21,981 bases of DNA from Cyanobacteria bacterium J06626_4 (GCA_038523235.1 JBCBJQ010000101.1:1-21981); one strand, 5' to 3'; shown: positions 1-8,035, numbered from the stretch's first letter. Program-made: numbers and translations. The notes: generated by a model not told the origin, from the sequence alone.

Positions 1-244
1 TTTTAATTTACAAACTCGGTAAAAACCAGGGGTTTCTTGAGAGCGATGACGACTTTCTGTTCGCCAGCAAATACGATCCCAGCCGGTATAGAGTCAATTT
101 TAAGTGGTTTTACCTCTATGCCAGCGAGTATATATTTTTGAAGAAATTCTAAAAAGATTCTAAAGCTGCTCGCGGGCAGTTTTGGCGCCGAAACAATTGG
201 GGGCATTAAGACTGCCGCTTTTTTCTCTTCGAAAGGCCCCAAAA

Positions 245-553
245 ATGTTTAGACACTATAGAGAAGCTCTATTTCTGGATGATTTTCTGATGGATGCCAA
301 TCAGTTAGATGTCTCTTGTTGTCAGCGTTGCCGCCACTTCACGCTGGAAGGTCGACGAGGGGGACATTGTGGCCAGCTCAACGTACCTGTACAAGGGAGT
401 TGGACGGCCTGCTCTTTGGCGAGTCCTGTATTTTTTGAGACTGTCAGCACGGTAACCCAGTCACCCCTGGCAGCCTGGCCCCAGGGCCTCAAAGTCAGCA
501 ACCACGACTTTGACCCGACAGAACAAGACTATTTGGTTAAAGCAGCCCAATAA
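245..553 (+). CDS. Small Cys-rich conserved-looking hypothetical protein, putative metal-binding
   Basis: ORF 182..553 opens on TTG; the first ATG is at 245 and an alternative ATG at 290 (MDANQ). Core motif CCQRCRHF-x-EGRRGGHC-x-VPVQGSWTAC resembles a small cyanobacterial hypothetical family (from memory). Start uncertain. Confidence 0.6.
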   Translation: MFRHYREALFLDDFLMDANQLDVSCCQRCRHFTLEGRRGGHCGQLNVPVQGSWTACSLASPVFFETVSTVTQSPLAAWPQGLKVSNHDFDPTEQDYLVKAAQ

Positions 554-598
554 TTGAGCAGCGCCACTTCTTCATTTTTGCCTTTGAACATGAATTTC

Positions 599-647
599 TA
601 AACGTAAACGCTGAACCATCAATCAATCGGTTCAGCGTTTACGTTTA
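599..647. terminator. Perfect 19-bp inverted repeat between convergent genes; probable bidirectional terminator
   Basis: TAAACGTAAACGCTGAACC (599-617), 11-nt loop, GGTTCAGCGTTTACGTTTA (629-647). The right arm includes the menB stop codon. Confidence 0.75.
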
Positions 648-1478
648 TGGCAACCAAGGATATTGATCAAAGTCGGGCGATCGCTTGTCTAAAAATGCCT
701 GTTTGCCCTCAGCGCCTTCTTCGGTCATGTAGTACAGCAGCGTCGCGTTGCCCGCGAGTTCTTGCAGACCGGCTTGACCATCGCAGTCTGCATTAAAAGC
801 GGCTTTGAGGCAGCGAATCGCGATCGGGCTCTTGGTTAAAATTTCGCGCGCCCACTGTACGCCTTCTGCCTCTAAAGCCTCTACCGGCACCACCGTATTA
901 ACCAACCCCATCGCCAACGCCTCTTGGGCGGAATACTGGCGACAGAGAAACCAAATCTCTCGGGCTTTTTTTTGCCCCACGATCCGGGCCAAGTAACTGG
1001 CCCCAAAGCCGCCATCAAAACTGCCCACTTTTGGCCCAGTCTGACCAAAGATGGCATTGTCAGCTGCGATCGTGAGGTCGCACAAAAGATGCAGTACGTG
1101 GCCGCCGCCGATCGCATATCCCGCCACTAAGGCAATCACCACCTTCGGGATTGAGCGAATGAGTCGCTGCAAGTCGAGCACGTTGAGACGAGGCATACCC
1201 GCTTCGTCAATGTAGCCGCCTTGTCCCCGCACACTTTGATCGCCCCCTGCACAAAAGGCATACTTGCCATCGGTATGCGGCCCCGCCCCGGTCAGCAAAA
1301 TGACGCCAATTGAAATGTCCTCCCGAGCGTCGGTAAAGGCGTCATACAGCTCTACCACTGTTTTAGGACGAAAGGCATTGCGCTTGTGGGGCCGGTTAAT
1401 CGTGATTTTCGCCATGCCCTGGCTTTTGGCATAAAGAATATCCTCATAGGTCTTGGCAGCTTGCCACTGTATATCCAT
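645..1478 (-). CDS. menB: 1,4-dihydroxy-2-naphthoyl-CoA synthase (naphthoate synthase; phylloquinone/menaquinone biosynthesis)
   Basis: 277 aa crotonase-fold protein with MenB motifs [48 protein letters not shown] and EG.EGKQAFL.KR.PDF. Confidence 0.97.
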   Translation of the reverse strand: MDIQWQAAKTYEDILYAKSQGMAKITINRPHKRNAFRPKTVVELYDAFTDAREDISIGVILLTGAGPHTDGKYAFCAGGDQSVRGQGGYIDEAGMPRLNVLDLQRLIRSIPKVVIALVAGYAIGGGHVLHLLCDLTIAADNAIFGQTGPKVGSFDGGFGASYLARIVGQKKAREIWFLCRQYSAQEALAMGLVNTVVPVEALEAEGVQWAREILTKSPIAIRCLKAAFNADCDGQAGLQELAGNATLLYYMTEEGAEGKQAFLDKRSPDFDQYPWLP

Positions 1479-1613
1479 GTCATTTGACTTAACAGGTCAT
1501 GGACTAGCTTAGAGGTGATTTGTCCTCGCTGTAGCCTTCTCTAGCGGCGATCGCCCGCGGCTTGAGACGCTGGGTTGGCTGCTCCCAGTTAACTGAGGAG
1601 AATGACCGACCAG

Positions 1614-1937
1614 CTACGAACGGCGGCGCGATCGCGACGGCTTGCCCTTGCCGCTCTGCTTGCCCGTCTTTTTACCTGTCTTACGCGGACTGCCCGGTGC
1701 GGTGCGGTGCGCCCCAAAATATTTTTCGCTGCGATAGCGCAACCAGATCCTCAATTGCTGAGGAATTTTCTCTTTCTCCACTTTGGTCAAGGTGTTGTAA
1801 AGCGCCAGTGCCTTTTCCCGCTCGCCTCGGCAGGCGGCATTGTTGTGAGCATCCCAATAGCTGCGTGCCACCCGAATGCGACGACACACTTCTTTTACCA
1901 GGGCTTCCCCTTCTAGAGGTCGGTCAGCTGCAGACAT
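1614..1937 (-). CDS. Conserved basic hypothetical protein
   Basis: 107 aa, ATG start. Ordered core VCRRIRVARSYWDAHNNAACRGERE...LRIWLRYRSEKYFG recognised from memory as a cyanobacterial hypothetical family, followed by a Lys/Arg-rich tail. Same strand as menB. Confidence 0.75.
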   Translation of the reverse strand: MSAADRPLEGEALVKEVCRRIRVARSYWDAHNNAACRGEREKALALYNTLTKVEKEKIPQQLRIWLRYRSEKYFGAHRTAPGSPRKTGKKTGKQSGKGKPSRSRRRS

Positions 1938-2187
1938 ATTCTCTGGCCAAACATCACAGTATCCTCAAGGCTAATCACTGGCCATCCCCTCAATATTCGA
2001 GTGACCCATCAGCCCTCTGACAGCCTAGCGGGCTTCTTTCTGTTGCCGCAATGTGACACCATCATGATGCGGGCGCACCGATGGCATGGCCAAGCTATCG
2101 CAGTAACGGACGAGGGGTGCCGAGTCAGCCAGTTCAGAACATCGGTGGTTGCCGCTAACATTTCACAGGTTTGAACGCTAACACTGT

Positions 2188-2973
2188 ATGCAAATCGCTA
2201 CTTGGAACGTCAACTCAATTCGATCGCGCCTGACCCACGTAACTGACTGGCTAACGGCTAACCCCGTTGATGTGCTGTGTCTACAAGAAACCAAAGTCCA
2301 AGACGCTGATTTTCCCTTAGAAGCCATTCAATCAGTGGACTATCAGGCTCATATTAGTGGTCAAAAATCCTATAACGGTGTAGCGATGCTCTGTCGTCAG
2401 TCCTTGGAGGACGTCAGCCTCGGGTTTGCCCCGGTTGTGGGGGCTGATGCAGTCGGCGATTTAGACGACCAAAAGCGCGTCATGACGGGAGTGCTTGATG
2501 GCGTGCGCCTTGTGAACCTCTATGTGCCCAATGGCTCTGCGATCGGCAGCGAAAAATATGATTACAAGCTCCGCTGGCTAGGCGTCTTACAAACCTATTT
2601 GCAAACTCTTTTGGCTGATAACGACCAGTTGTTGGTCTGTGGCGACTTCAACATTGCCCTAGAAGATCGCGATATTCATGATCCCAAGGGTAAAGACACC
2701 CACATTATGTCGTCACCAACCGAGCGAGAAACGTTGACCCAGGTCTTGTCTGTGGGCCTGCAGGATGCTTTTCGCAAATTCACTGATGAGGGCGGGCACT
2801 TTAGCTGGTGGGATTATCGCGCGGCCTCGTTCTCGCGTAATCGGGGCTGGCGTATCGATCACCACTATCTGTCACCCACGCTCTACGAGCGCGCCAAAAG
2901 CTGCACGATTGATATCGCCCCACGCCGACTCGAAAAACCCAGCGATCATACCCCCGTCATTGTGGAAATCTAA
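2188..2973 (+). CDS. xth: Exodeoxyribonuclease III (AP endonuclease)
   Basis: 261 aa with motifs IATWNVNSIR, DVLCLQETK, YNGVA, NLYVPNG, CGDFNIA, FSWWDYR, GWRIDH and PSDHTPV. Confidence 0.96.
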   Translation: MQIATWNVNSIRSRLTHVTDWLTANPVDVLCLQETKVQDADFPLEAIQSVDYQAHISGQKSYNGVAMLCRQSLEDVSLGFAPVVGADAVGDLDDQKRVMTGVLDGVRLVNLYVPNGSAIGSEKYDYKLRWLGVLQTYLQTLLADNDQLLVCGDFNIALEDRDIHDPKGKDTHIMSSPTERETLTQVLSVGLQDAFRKFTDEGGHFSWWDYRAASFSRNRGWRIDHHYLSPTLYERAKSCTIDIAPRRLEKPSDHTPVIVEI

Positions 2974-3046
2974 TGGCTGCAATGGTCTGCCGGTAGCGCC
3001 GCACCCCAACGGCATACACTAAACATCAACGTGCCGCGAAACTGCC

Positions 3047-3154
3047 ATGAACTCTGGAGAGAACCTACAAGAATGGCTATTTGTCATTGCCTATGTGTCC
3101 TTTCTCGTCTTTATTGCCTGGCGAGTGGCCTTCTCTTCGACGGATCGCGATTAA
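3047..3154 (+). CDS. Candidate 35-aa single-transmembrane small protein (not in ORF track)
   Basis: ATG 3047 to TAA 3154 reads MNSGENLQEWLFVIAYVSFLVFIAWRVAFSSTDRD, with one clean hydrophobic helix. A -10-like TACACT lies at 3015-3020. Confidence 0.45.
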   Translation: MNSGENLQEWLFVIAYVSFLVFIAWRVAFSSTDRD

Positions 3155-3285
3155 ATCCAGTGCCATTGCGCGATCGCAAACCGATCACGAGTGCTGCTTA
3201 GCGGCATCAGCTCACTGGCCGTCCCTGACTTCTCCTGCTGAGAACAATCCCGATAGAACCCTTTCCCCAATTCCAACCGCGACCT

Positions 3286-4059
3286 ATGGCAGATTTGAAA
3301 GCAATCATCTTTGATGTCGATGGCACTCTGGCTGACAATGAACGCTACGGGCATCGCGTCGCGTTTAACCAAGCATTTGAGGCTGCTGGCTTAACCTGGC
3401 ACTGGTCACCAGAGCTTTACAGCGAACTCTTGCAGGTGGCAGGCGGCAAAGAACGCATTCGCTTTTTCGTTGAGCGCTATGCGCCACCGATGCCGGCGAT
3501 CGCTGATTGGGATACCTTTGTTGCGACGCTACACCAGACCAAGACCCAGCACTATGCCGGCCTGTTAGCCTCGGGGCAAATTGGTCTACGGCCAGGGGTC
3601 CAGCGGCTGATCACGGCAGCGCGGCAGGCCCACATTCGGCTGGCTATCGCCACCACCAGCCGCCTCGAAAATGTGCTCACGCTGTTGACCCAAACCTTAG
3701 CGCCCGAGGCACCTCAATGGTTTGAGGTGATTGCCGCCGGGGATGTGGTGCCCCAGAAGAAGCCAGCCGCTGACATTTACCACTATGTGCTTGACCAACT
3801 GACCTTAGACGCCCAATATTGCCTGGCCATCGAAGATACAGAACATGGCCTCACTGCGGCCACCCAAGCCGGACTGACCAGCGTCATCGCCGTCACCGAC
3901 TACACGCGTACCCAAAATTTTGCTGCTGCCGCCTGTGTCCTCACGCATCTTGGTGACCCCGACAATCCTTGTCAGGTGCTATCAGGGCCAACCTTGACGC
4001 AAGGCTATTTTGACCTAGAGATCGCGGAGTTGCTATTGCCTCATCAGCCGCCAGCGTAA
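3286..4059 (+). CDS. cbbY: HAD-superfamily hydrolase, CbbY-like sugar-phosphate phosphatase
   Basis: 257 aa. Motif I IIFDVDGTLAD, GHRVAFNQAF, W.WSPELY.ELL.VAGGKER, IATTS, KKPAADIY and AIEDTEHG are typical of the CbbY family. Confidence 0.88.
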   Translation: MADLKAIIFDVDGTLADNERYGHRVAFNQAFEAAGLTWHWSPELYSELLQVAGGKERIRFFVERYAPPMPAIADWDTFVATLHQTKTQHYAGLLASGQIGLRPGVQRLITAARQAHIRLAIATTSRLENVLTLLTQTLAPEAPQWFEVIAAGDVVPQKKPAADIYHYVLDQLTLDAQYCLAIEDTEHGLTAATQAGLTSVIAVTDYTRTQNFAAAACVLTHLGDPDNPCQVLSGPTLTQGYFDLEIAELLLPHQPPA

Positions 4060-4198
4060 AGAATGGCTCGCCTGTGGCGGCAGGCTAAAGACTGAGGCTG
4101 CGACGATCGCAGCCCGAATCGAAAACGGTTATTTGACTCGATACTTTAGTTAGCGGCAACTCAGTGCAACCAGAGCCATCGCGACTGTTTTTGCTTTT

Positions 4199-4238
4199 GG
4201 TCTGCCCGCAATCCTAATCGAGAGATCGCGGGTAGACC
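4199..4238 (-). terminator. Stem-loop immediately downstream of psbM (terminator or 3' stabilising hairpin)
   Basis: GGTCTGCCCGCAATC ... GATCGCGGGTAGACC gives 15-bp arms with two non-Watson-Crick positions, starting ~10 nt after the psbM stop. No U-tract on the minus strand. Confidence 0.5.
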
Positions 4239-4248
4239 TTACCAGTTC

Positions 4249-4359
4249 TTATGCGCCCGTTTTTTTACTCGATGTCTGAATATACAGAATCAGCAGAAAG
4301 ACTGTGGGCACCAAAACGAACAAAATACTGGCAACAAACCCTAAACTATTAACTTCCAT
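4249..4359 (-). CDS. psbM: Photosystem II reaction centre protein PsbM (not in ORF track)
   Basis: Minus-strand ATG at 4359 to TAA at 4249 reads [36 protein letters not shown] (36 aa), matching the PsbM pattern MEVN.LG..A..LF.LVP..FL.ILY.QT. Confidence 0.96.
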   Translation of the reverse strand: MEVNSLGFVASILFVLVPTVFLLILYIQTSSKKTGA

Positions 4360-4538
4360 GATTTAAAGCCTTATCTCTTCAGCACAACATCGACACGACT
4401 ACAGTCTACGCCATCTCGATGGCACGATGAATGCCGAGGGGCTCTGTTGGATGGGACAAGCGCGATTGCATCGCCTCTTTCCCTGCAGAAATCATCACGC
4501 CTGAGGCAGAGCTGCCGTCAAATTGGAGAGAAATCACG

Positions 4539-5069
4539 ATGCCACCGTCAAGACTAGTTTCTAGCATTGTTGTGGCGCTGGCGCTTAATCTGGCCGGATG
4601 CCTGGCCAACAACTCTGAAACACCTGCACCCCCCACAATTTTGATCCAAGAGACCGACTACCAGGGTGTGATCTTCAGCGCCCCTGAGGCAGAACAGCAA
4701 CGCCTTAAAGTCCCTATGACGGCTGATACTGTCGAGTTTTGGTCACCTACTGCCGCCGACATTGCTCGCCTGGAAGCGCAGCTGCTGCCTGCCCTGCTCA
4801 CAGACGAGCGCTTGAGCGATGGCGTTGGTTTTAACCCGGTGCAACCTTTGGCGGCAGCGCTGCCTGACTATACCCGGCAGTATTTCGGTTATTTCAACAC
4901 CGATGATGAAGCGGTTATCTACACCCGCTTTTATTGCGATACCTCAGCCGAAGAATTGACGATGAGCAGCAGCGTGCCTCCGCTGGATGGGGGAGACTGT
5001 TTCTTTCAGATTCACTACAACACCAACACCGACGAGTATTTCGGTTTATACGTGCATGGTGAGGCGTGA
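4539..5069 (+). CDS. Hypothetical lipoprotein
   Basis: ATG at 4539 preceded by GGAGAG (4525-4530). Signal MPPSRLVSSIVVALALNLAG|C with lipobox LAGC. C-terminal YTRQYFG...FYC...DGGDCFFQIHYN segment has a Cys pair. The ORF-track start at 4431 is probably an overextension. Confidence 0.75.
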   Translation: MPPSRLVSSIVVALALNLAGCLANNSETPAPPTILIQETDYQGVIFSAPEAEQQRLKVPMTADTVEFWSPTAADIARLEAQLLPALLTDERLSDGVGFNPVQPLAAALPDYTRQYFGYFNTDDEAVIYTRFYCDTSAEELTMSSSVPPLDGGDCFFQIHYNTNTDEYFGLYVHGEA

Positions 5070-5132
5070 GCTGTTTTTGCCAGCAGATGAGGAATCTCTT
5101 GTCGCTAATCAGCAGCGATCAAGCCAGGGATG

Positions 5133-5988
5133 TCAAAACTGACAGATAGATTCGGGTTGTACGGGGCAAGTGCGATCGCTGAGGGGATTGTCATTGAGGC
5201 TGAGCTGTTCCAGGCTGGTGAGATCAGCTAGCGGCGCTAAATCGATGATTTGGTTGCCGTGCAGGTCAAGCGTGGTGAGCTGAGTGAGGCTGACTAAGGA
5301 AGATATATCGGTGATTTGATTGCCCGTAAGCCTCAGCTGGTTCAGTTGGGTCAGGTTTGCTAGCGGGGTCACATCGGCAACAGCATTGTTATGAAGATTA
5401 AGCCAGGTCAAATTGGTTAAGTTTGCCAGCGGCGACACATCGGCAATTTGAGTGCCTGCCAGGTCTAGCCAAATTAGATTCGTCAGGCCAGCTAGGGGGG
5501 GTGATGTCTCCAATGGGATTACCACTCAGATCCAGTTCGGTCAACTGCGTCAGGTTCGCCAGTGGGGTGACATCCGACACTTGACTGTGATTGAGCACTA
5601 GCTTAGTTAACTGGGTCAAATTGCTTAAGGGAGCGGCGCTTGTAATGGGATTCCACCCCATGTCTAGCTGGGTCAGACTCCCTAATGGGGCAATGTCCAC
5701 GATGGGCTTAGGCTGATGGCGCTGCCAGAATGACATCGTTATCGAGAATTTCAGCGTGGTCAAACCAGTCAGCACCGCCTCAGCTTGATCGCATTTTCGC
5801 GTCTCAGCATCCCTCAACAGTTCGTCAACGGTACGCTGAGCCGCTGGGGTCAACCCCGATTTGTGTCTGCACAAGTCGGCAAAGGTTGCAAACGTATCTG
5901 GTGAAATTTCACGCTGAGGTGTGCCGAAACAGCCCACCCCAATCACCAATAGAACCGTCAACAAACCCAGTGCGAGCGCACGTTTCAT
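5133..5988 (-). pseudogene. Internalin-like LRR lipoprotein split by a +1 frameshift in a C7 tract (pseudogene, phase-off allele or sequencing error)
   Basis: ORFs 5398..5988 and 5133..5525 join if one G is removed from G7 at 5495-5501 (coding ATC ACC CCC CTA GCT GGC CTG = ITPLAGL). The result is 284 aa: lipoprotein-type signal (GVG|C), N-cap, ~9 LRRs and C-cap NPLSDRTCPVQPESICQF. Confidence 0.85.
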
Positions 5989-6067
5989 GGGAGTTCCTCA
6001 CCATTTCCCGATCAGCCTAGCCAAGGTTTTTCCGGAGCCATTGACCAAAAACGGCCAAGTGATTGGC
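5989..6067 (-). promoter_or_regulatory. Conserved 79-bp upstream spacer of LRR gene with -10-like TAGGCT and GAGG RBS
   Basis: Aligns without gaps (51/79 by hand) to 7957-8035. The -10-like TAGGCT (6019-6014) versus TAGGGT (7987-7982) and the GAGG RBS are retained in both copies. Confidence 0.5.
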
Positions 6068-6118
6068 TTAAAGCTGACAGACCGTCTCAGGTTGTACTGG
6101 GTAGGTAAGATTTTCAGC
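6068..6118 (-). pseudogene. Orphan 3' remnant (C-cap + stop) of a deleted LRR paralog
   Basis: Minus strand reads AENLTYPVQPETVCQL*, homologous to LSDRTCPVQPESICQF* at 5183-5133. Confidence 0.7.
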
Positions 6119-6240
6119 GTTAGCGTAGCCGATATTAGCCGTTAGAAACGCCCACAAGCCCGCACCAGTTACGCTTTGCAATTTGCCTCGCCGCCTTTAG
6201 CGCAGCTTAGTCAATGTCTTTCTGTGCGGGTACTTGGGTC

Positions 6241-7638
6241 TTAACGATTTAGCCACGGGTCCCACGGGTCATTGAACTGACAGCGAGTTACCGGGTTGTT
6301 CTGACAGCCTTCGTCAGGTTGTATTGGGCAGGTGCAATCACGCAATGGATTGGCACCCAGGTAAAGCGGATGCAGCTCAGTATCCGCCAGACTGGCTAAT
6401 GGAGACGCATCGACGATGTTATTGCTCCATAGCCAAATCACGCTCGGGTTGGTCAGATTCGCTAACGGGGCGACGCCCACAATTTGATTGTGACTGAGAT
6501 CAAGTTCGGTCAAATTCGTCAGGCTCGCGAGGGGAGCGATGTCGGTGATTTGATTGAAACCGAGAGCAAGGTCAGTCAGGTTAGTCAGATTGCTCAAGGG
6601 GGTTAAGTCAGCGATTTGATTATTGCTGAGCCTCAGGCTGGTCAAATTAGTCAGCTGGGTCAAATGGCCTAAGTCGACGATTTGATTATCGCTGAGCCCC
6701 AGGCTGGTCAAGTTAGTCAGGTTGTTTAAGGGGGCTAGGTCAACGATTTGATTGTCACTGAGCCCCAGGCTGGTCAAATTAGTCAGCTGGGTCAAATGGC
6801 CTAAGTCAGCGATTTGATTGCCGCCGAGCCTCAGGCTGGTCAAGTTAGTCAGGTTGTTTAAGGGGGCTAAGTCAGCGATTTGATTATCCCAGAGGTCAAG
6901 CTCAGTCAGCTGAGTCAGACTGGTTAGGGGCGTCACGTCGGCGATTTGATTATCGCCGAGGTTAAGCTCCGTGAGCTGAGTCAGGCTCGCGAGGGGGGCC
7001 ACGTCTGCAATGTGATTATCGATGAGATTAAGCTCCGTGAGCTGAGTCAAGCTCACGAGGGGGGCCGCATCCGCGATGCGGTTGAAGCTGAGGCTGAGCT
7101 GATGCAGCTGATGGAGGCTGGCCAAGGGCGTCACATCCACAATTTGATTGCTGGTGAGGTCAAGCGAGGTCAGTTGAGTCAGGCTGGCTAAGGGCGTCAC
7201 ATCCACAATTTCATTGCTGGTGAGGTCAAGCGAGGTCAGCTGGGTCAGGCTGGCTAAGGGCGTCACATCCGCAATTTCATTGCGATCGAGGTATAGGCTG
7301 GCCAGATTTGTGAAGCTAGCTAAGGGTGTGACGTCTGTGATTGTTTGCGCACTTAAGTCAAGCTCAGTCAAGTTAGTCAAGATTGCTTCAGCCTGATGAC
7401 AGTCAGGCGTTCCCACAATTTTGAGCAGCACCTCGACGGTATAACGCGCTTCTGGAGTCAAGCTGGCTTGGTTATGACACCAGTCAATAAAGGTTCCGAA
7501 GGTTTCTGCAGTCTCCACCTCAACGGTTTCTGAAGACGAGAGAGTTGCAAGAGACTGGGTGTTCTTGGCGGTAATGTTTGTACAGGCGGCATTCACTATC
7601 AAAACCGAGAGCAAACCCGCGTTAATTACTGGTTTCAT
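6241..7638 (-). CDS. Exported internalin-like LRR protein (~15-16 22-aa repeats), probable lipoprotein
   Basis: GGAGG RBS at 7650-7646. Signal MKPVINAGLLSVLIVNAA|C, N-cap TFIDWC...TVEVLL..VGT.DC..A..IL, repeats LT.LT.L.L..NQI.D..PL and C-cap NPL..CTCPIQP..CQ. Confidence 0.92.
   Translation of the reverse strand: MKPVINAGLLSVLIVNAACTNITAKNTQSLATLSSSETVEVETAETFGTFIDWCHNQASLTPEARYTVEVLLKIVGTPDCHQAEAILTNLTELDLSAQTITDVTPLASFTNLASLYLDRNEIADVTPLASLTQLTSLDLTSNEIVDVTPLASLTQLTSLDLTSNQIVDVTPLASLHQLHQLSLSFNRIADAAPLVSLTQLTELNLIDNHIADVAPLASLTQLTELNLGDNQIADVTPLTSLTQLTELDLWDNQIADLAPLNNLTNLTSLRLGGNQIADLGHLTQLTNLTSLGLSDNQIVDLAPLNNLTNLTSLGLSDNQIVDLGHLTQLTNLTSLRLSNNQIADLTPLSNLTNLTDLALGFNQITDIAPLASLTNLTELDLSHNQIVGVAPLANLTNPSVIWLWSNNIVDASPLASLADTELHPLYLGANPLRDCTCPIQPDEGCQNNPVTRCQFNDPWDPWLNR
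6610..6885 (-). repeat. 132-bp internal tandem duplication (two LRR units) within LRR gene
   Basis: A 42-bp identical block CAGGCTGGTCAAATTAGTCAGCTGGGTCAAATGGCCTAAGTC occurs at 6634 and 6766. A second near-identical block occurs at ~6700 and ~6832. Confidence 0.85.
7124..7282 (-). repeat. 66-bp tandem duplication (single LRR unit), ~2.4 copies
   Basis: 7124-7189 versus 7190-7255 differ at 3 of 66 positions by hand count. Encodes LTQLTSLDLTSN(E/Q)IVDVTPLAS twice. Confidence 0.85.
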
Positions 7639-7744
7639 AGCAACGCCTCCTGATGCTTTGAGTTGCTAAAGCTCAACGGTTAAGTGCGTCAAATTGGCTC
7701 ATGGCTGTCTTACAACGGACAAAAGGCTGCGGTAGTTACAGAGC

Positions 7745-7956
7745 CGGTGCGATCGCACCTTTGCGTCCCAGTCTTGTCCAATCAAACCTCGACGGTAAGC
7801 TGAGTTGCGGCAGGCAATCTCGTTCGGCTGCGATATCCAGTCGGTAAAGGTTTCAAATGTGTCTGGCGCAGTCTGATTCTGAGATAAAGCTTCGGCACAG
7901 CCAACCCCAATGCCCTGTAGAACTATCAGCAAACCCAGCGCGATTGCGCGCTTGAT
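7745..7956 (-). pseudogene. Degraded 5' fragment (signal peptide + N-cap) of an LRR paralog
   Basis: Start ATG mutated to ATC (7956-7954): IKRAIALGLLIVLQGIGVGCAEALSQNQTAPDTFETFTDW, then a +1 frameshift to YRSRTRLPAATQLTVEV*LDKTGTQRCDR. Homologous to MKRALALGLLTVLLVIGVGC...PDTFATFADLCRHKSGLTPAAQRTVDELLRDAETRKCDQ at 5988. No LRRs follow. Confidence 0.85.
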
Positions 7957-8035
7957 GGTTAGCCCTCATCGTTTCCAGATCACCCTAGCCAAAGCATCCG
8001 GTTGGCGATCGCCCGAAAACCGACAAGTCCTTGAC

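Noticed and set aside
3..242. 79-aa minus-strand ORF
   Set aside because: AT-rich promoter-like region, non-ATG start and no recognisable features.
4096..4114. Hairpin GGCTGCGA-CGA-TCGCAGCC as an ncRNA
   Set aside because: A short isolated stem just after cbbY, at most a weak terminator; no RNA family features.
5921..6145. Plus-strand ORFs 5921..6145 and 7910..8308, which resemble each other
   Set aside because: Their similarity is the antisense shadow of the duplicated minus-strand block (C-cap, spacer, signal peptide); there is no independent coding evidence.
6253..6270. 9-bp tandem repeat CCACGGGTC x2 (DPWDPW tail)
   Set aside because: Real but trivial two-copy duplication in a non-conserved C-terminal tail.
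6480..7340. ~66-bp periodic repeats resembling a CRISPR array
   Set aside because: The period equals the 22-aa LRR, lies in an open reading frame and has no repeat/unique-spacer structure; no cas genes in the window.
7699..7932. 77-aa ORF as an intact gene
   Set aside because: It is part of the LRR pseudogene: the true start is mutated to ATC and the second half is out of frame.
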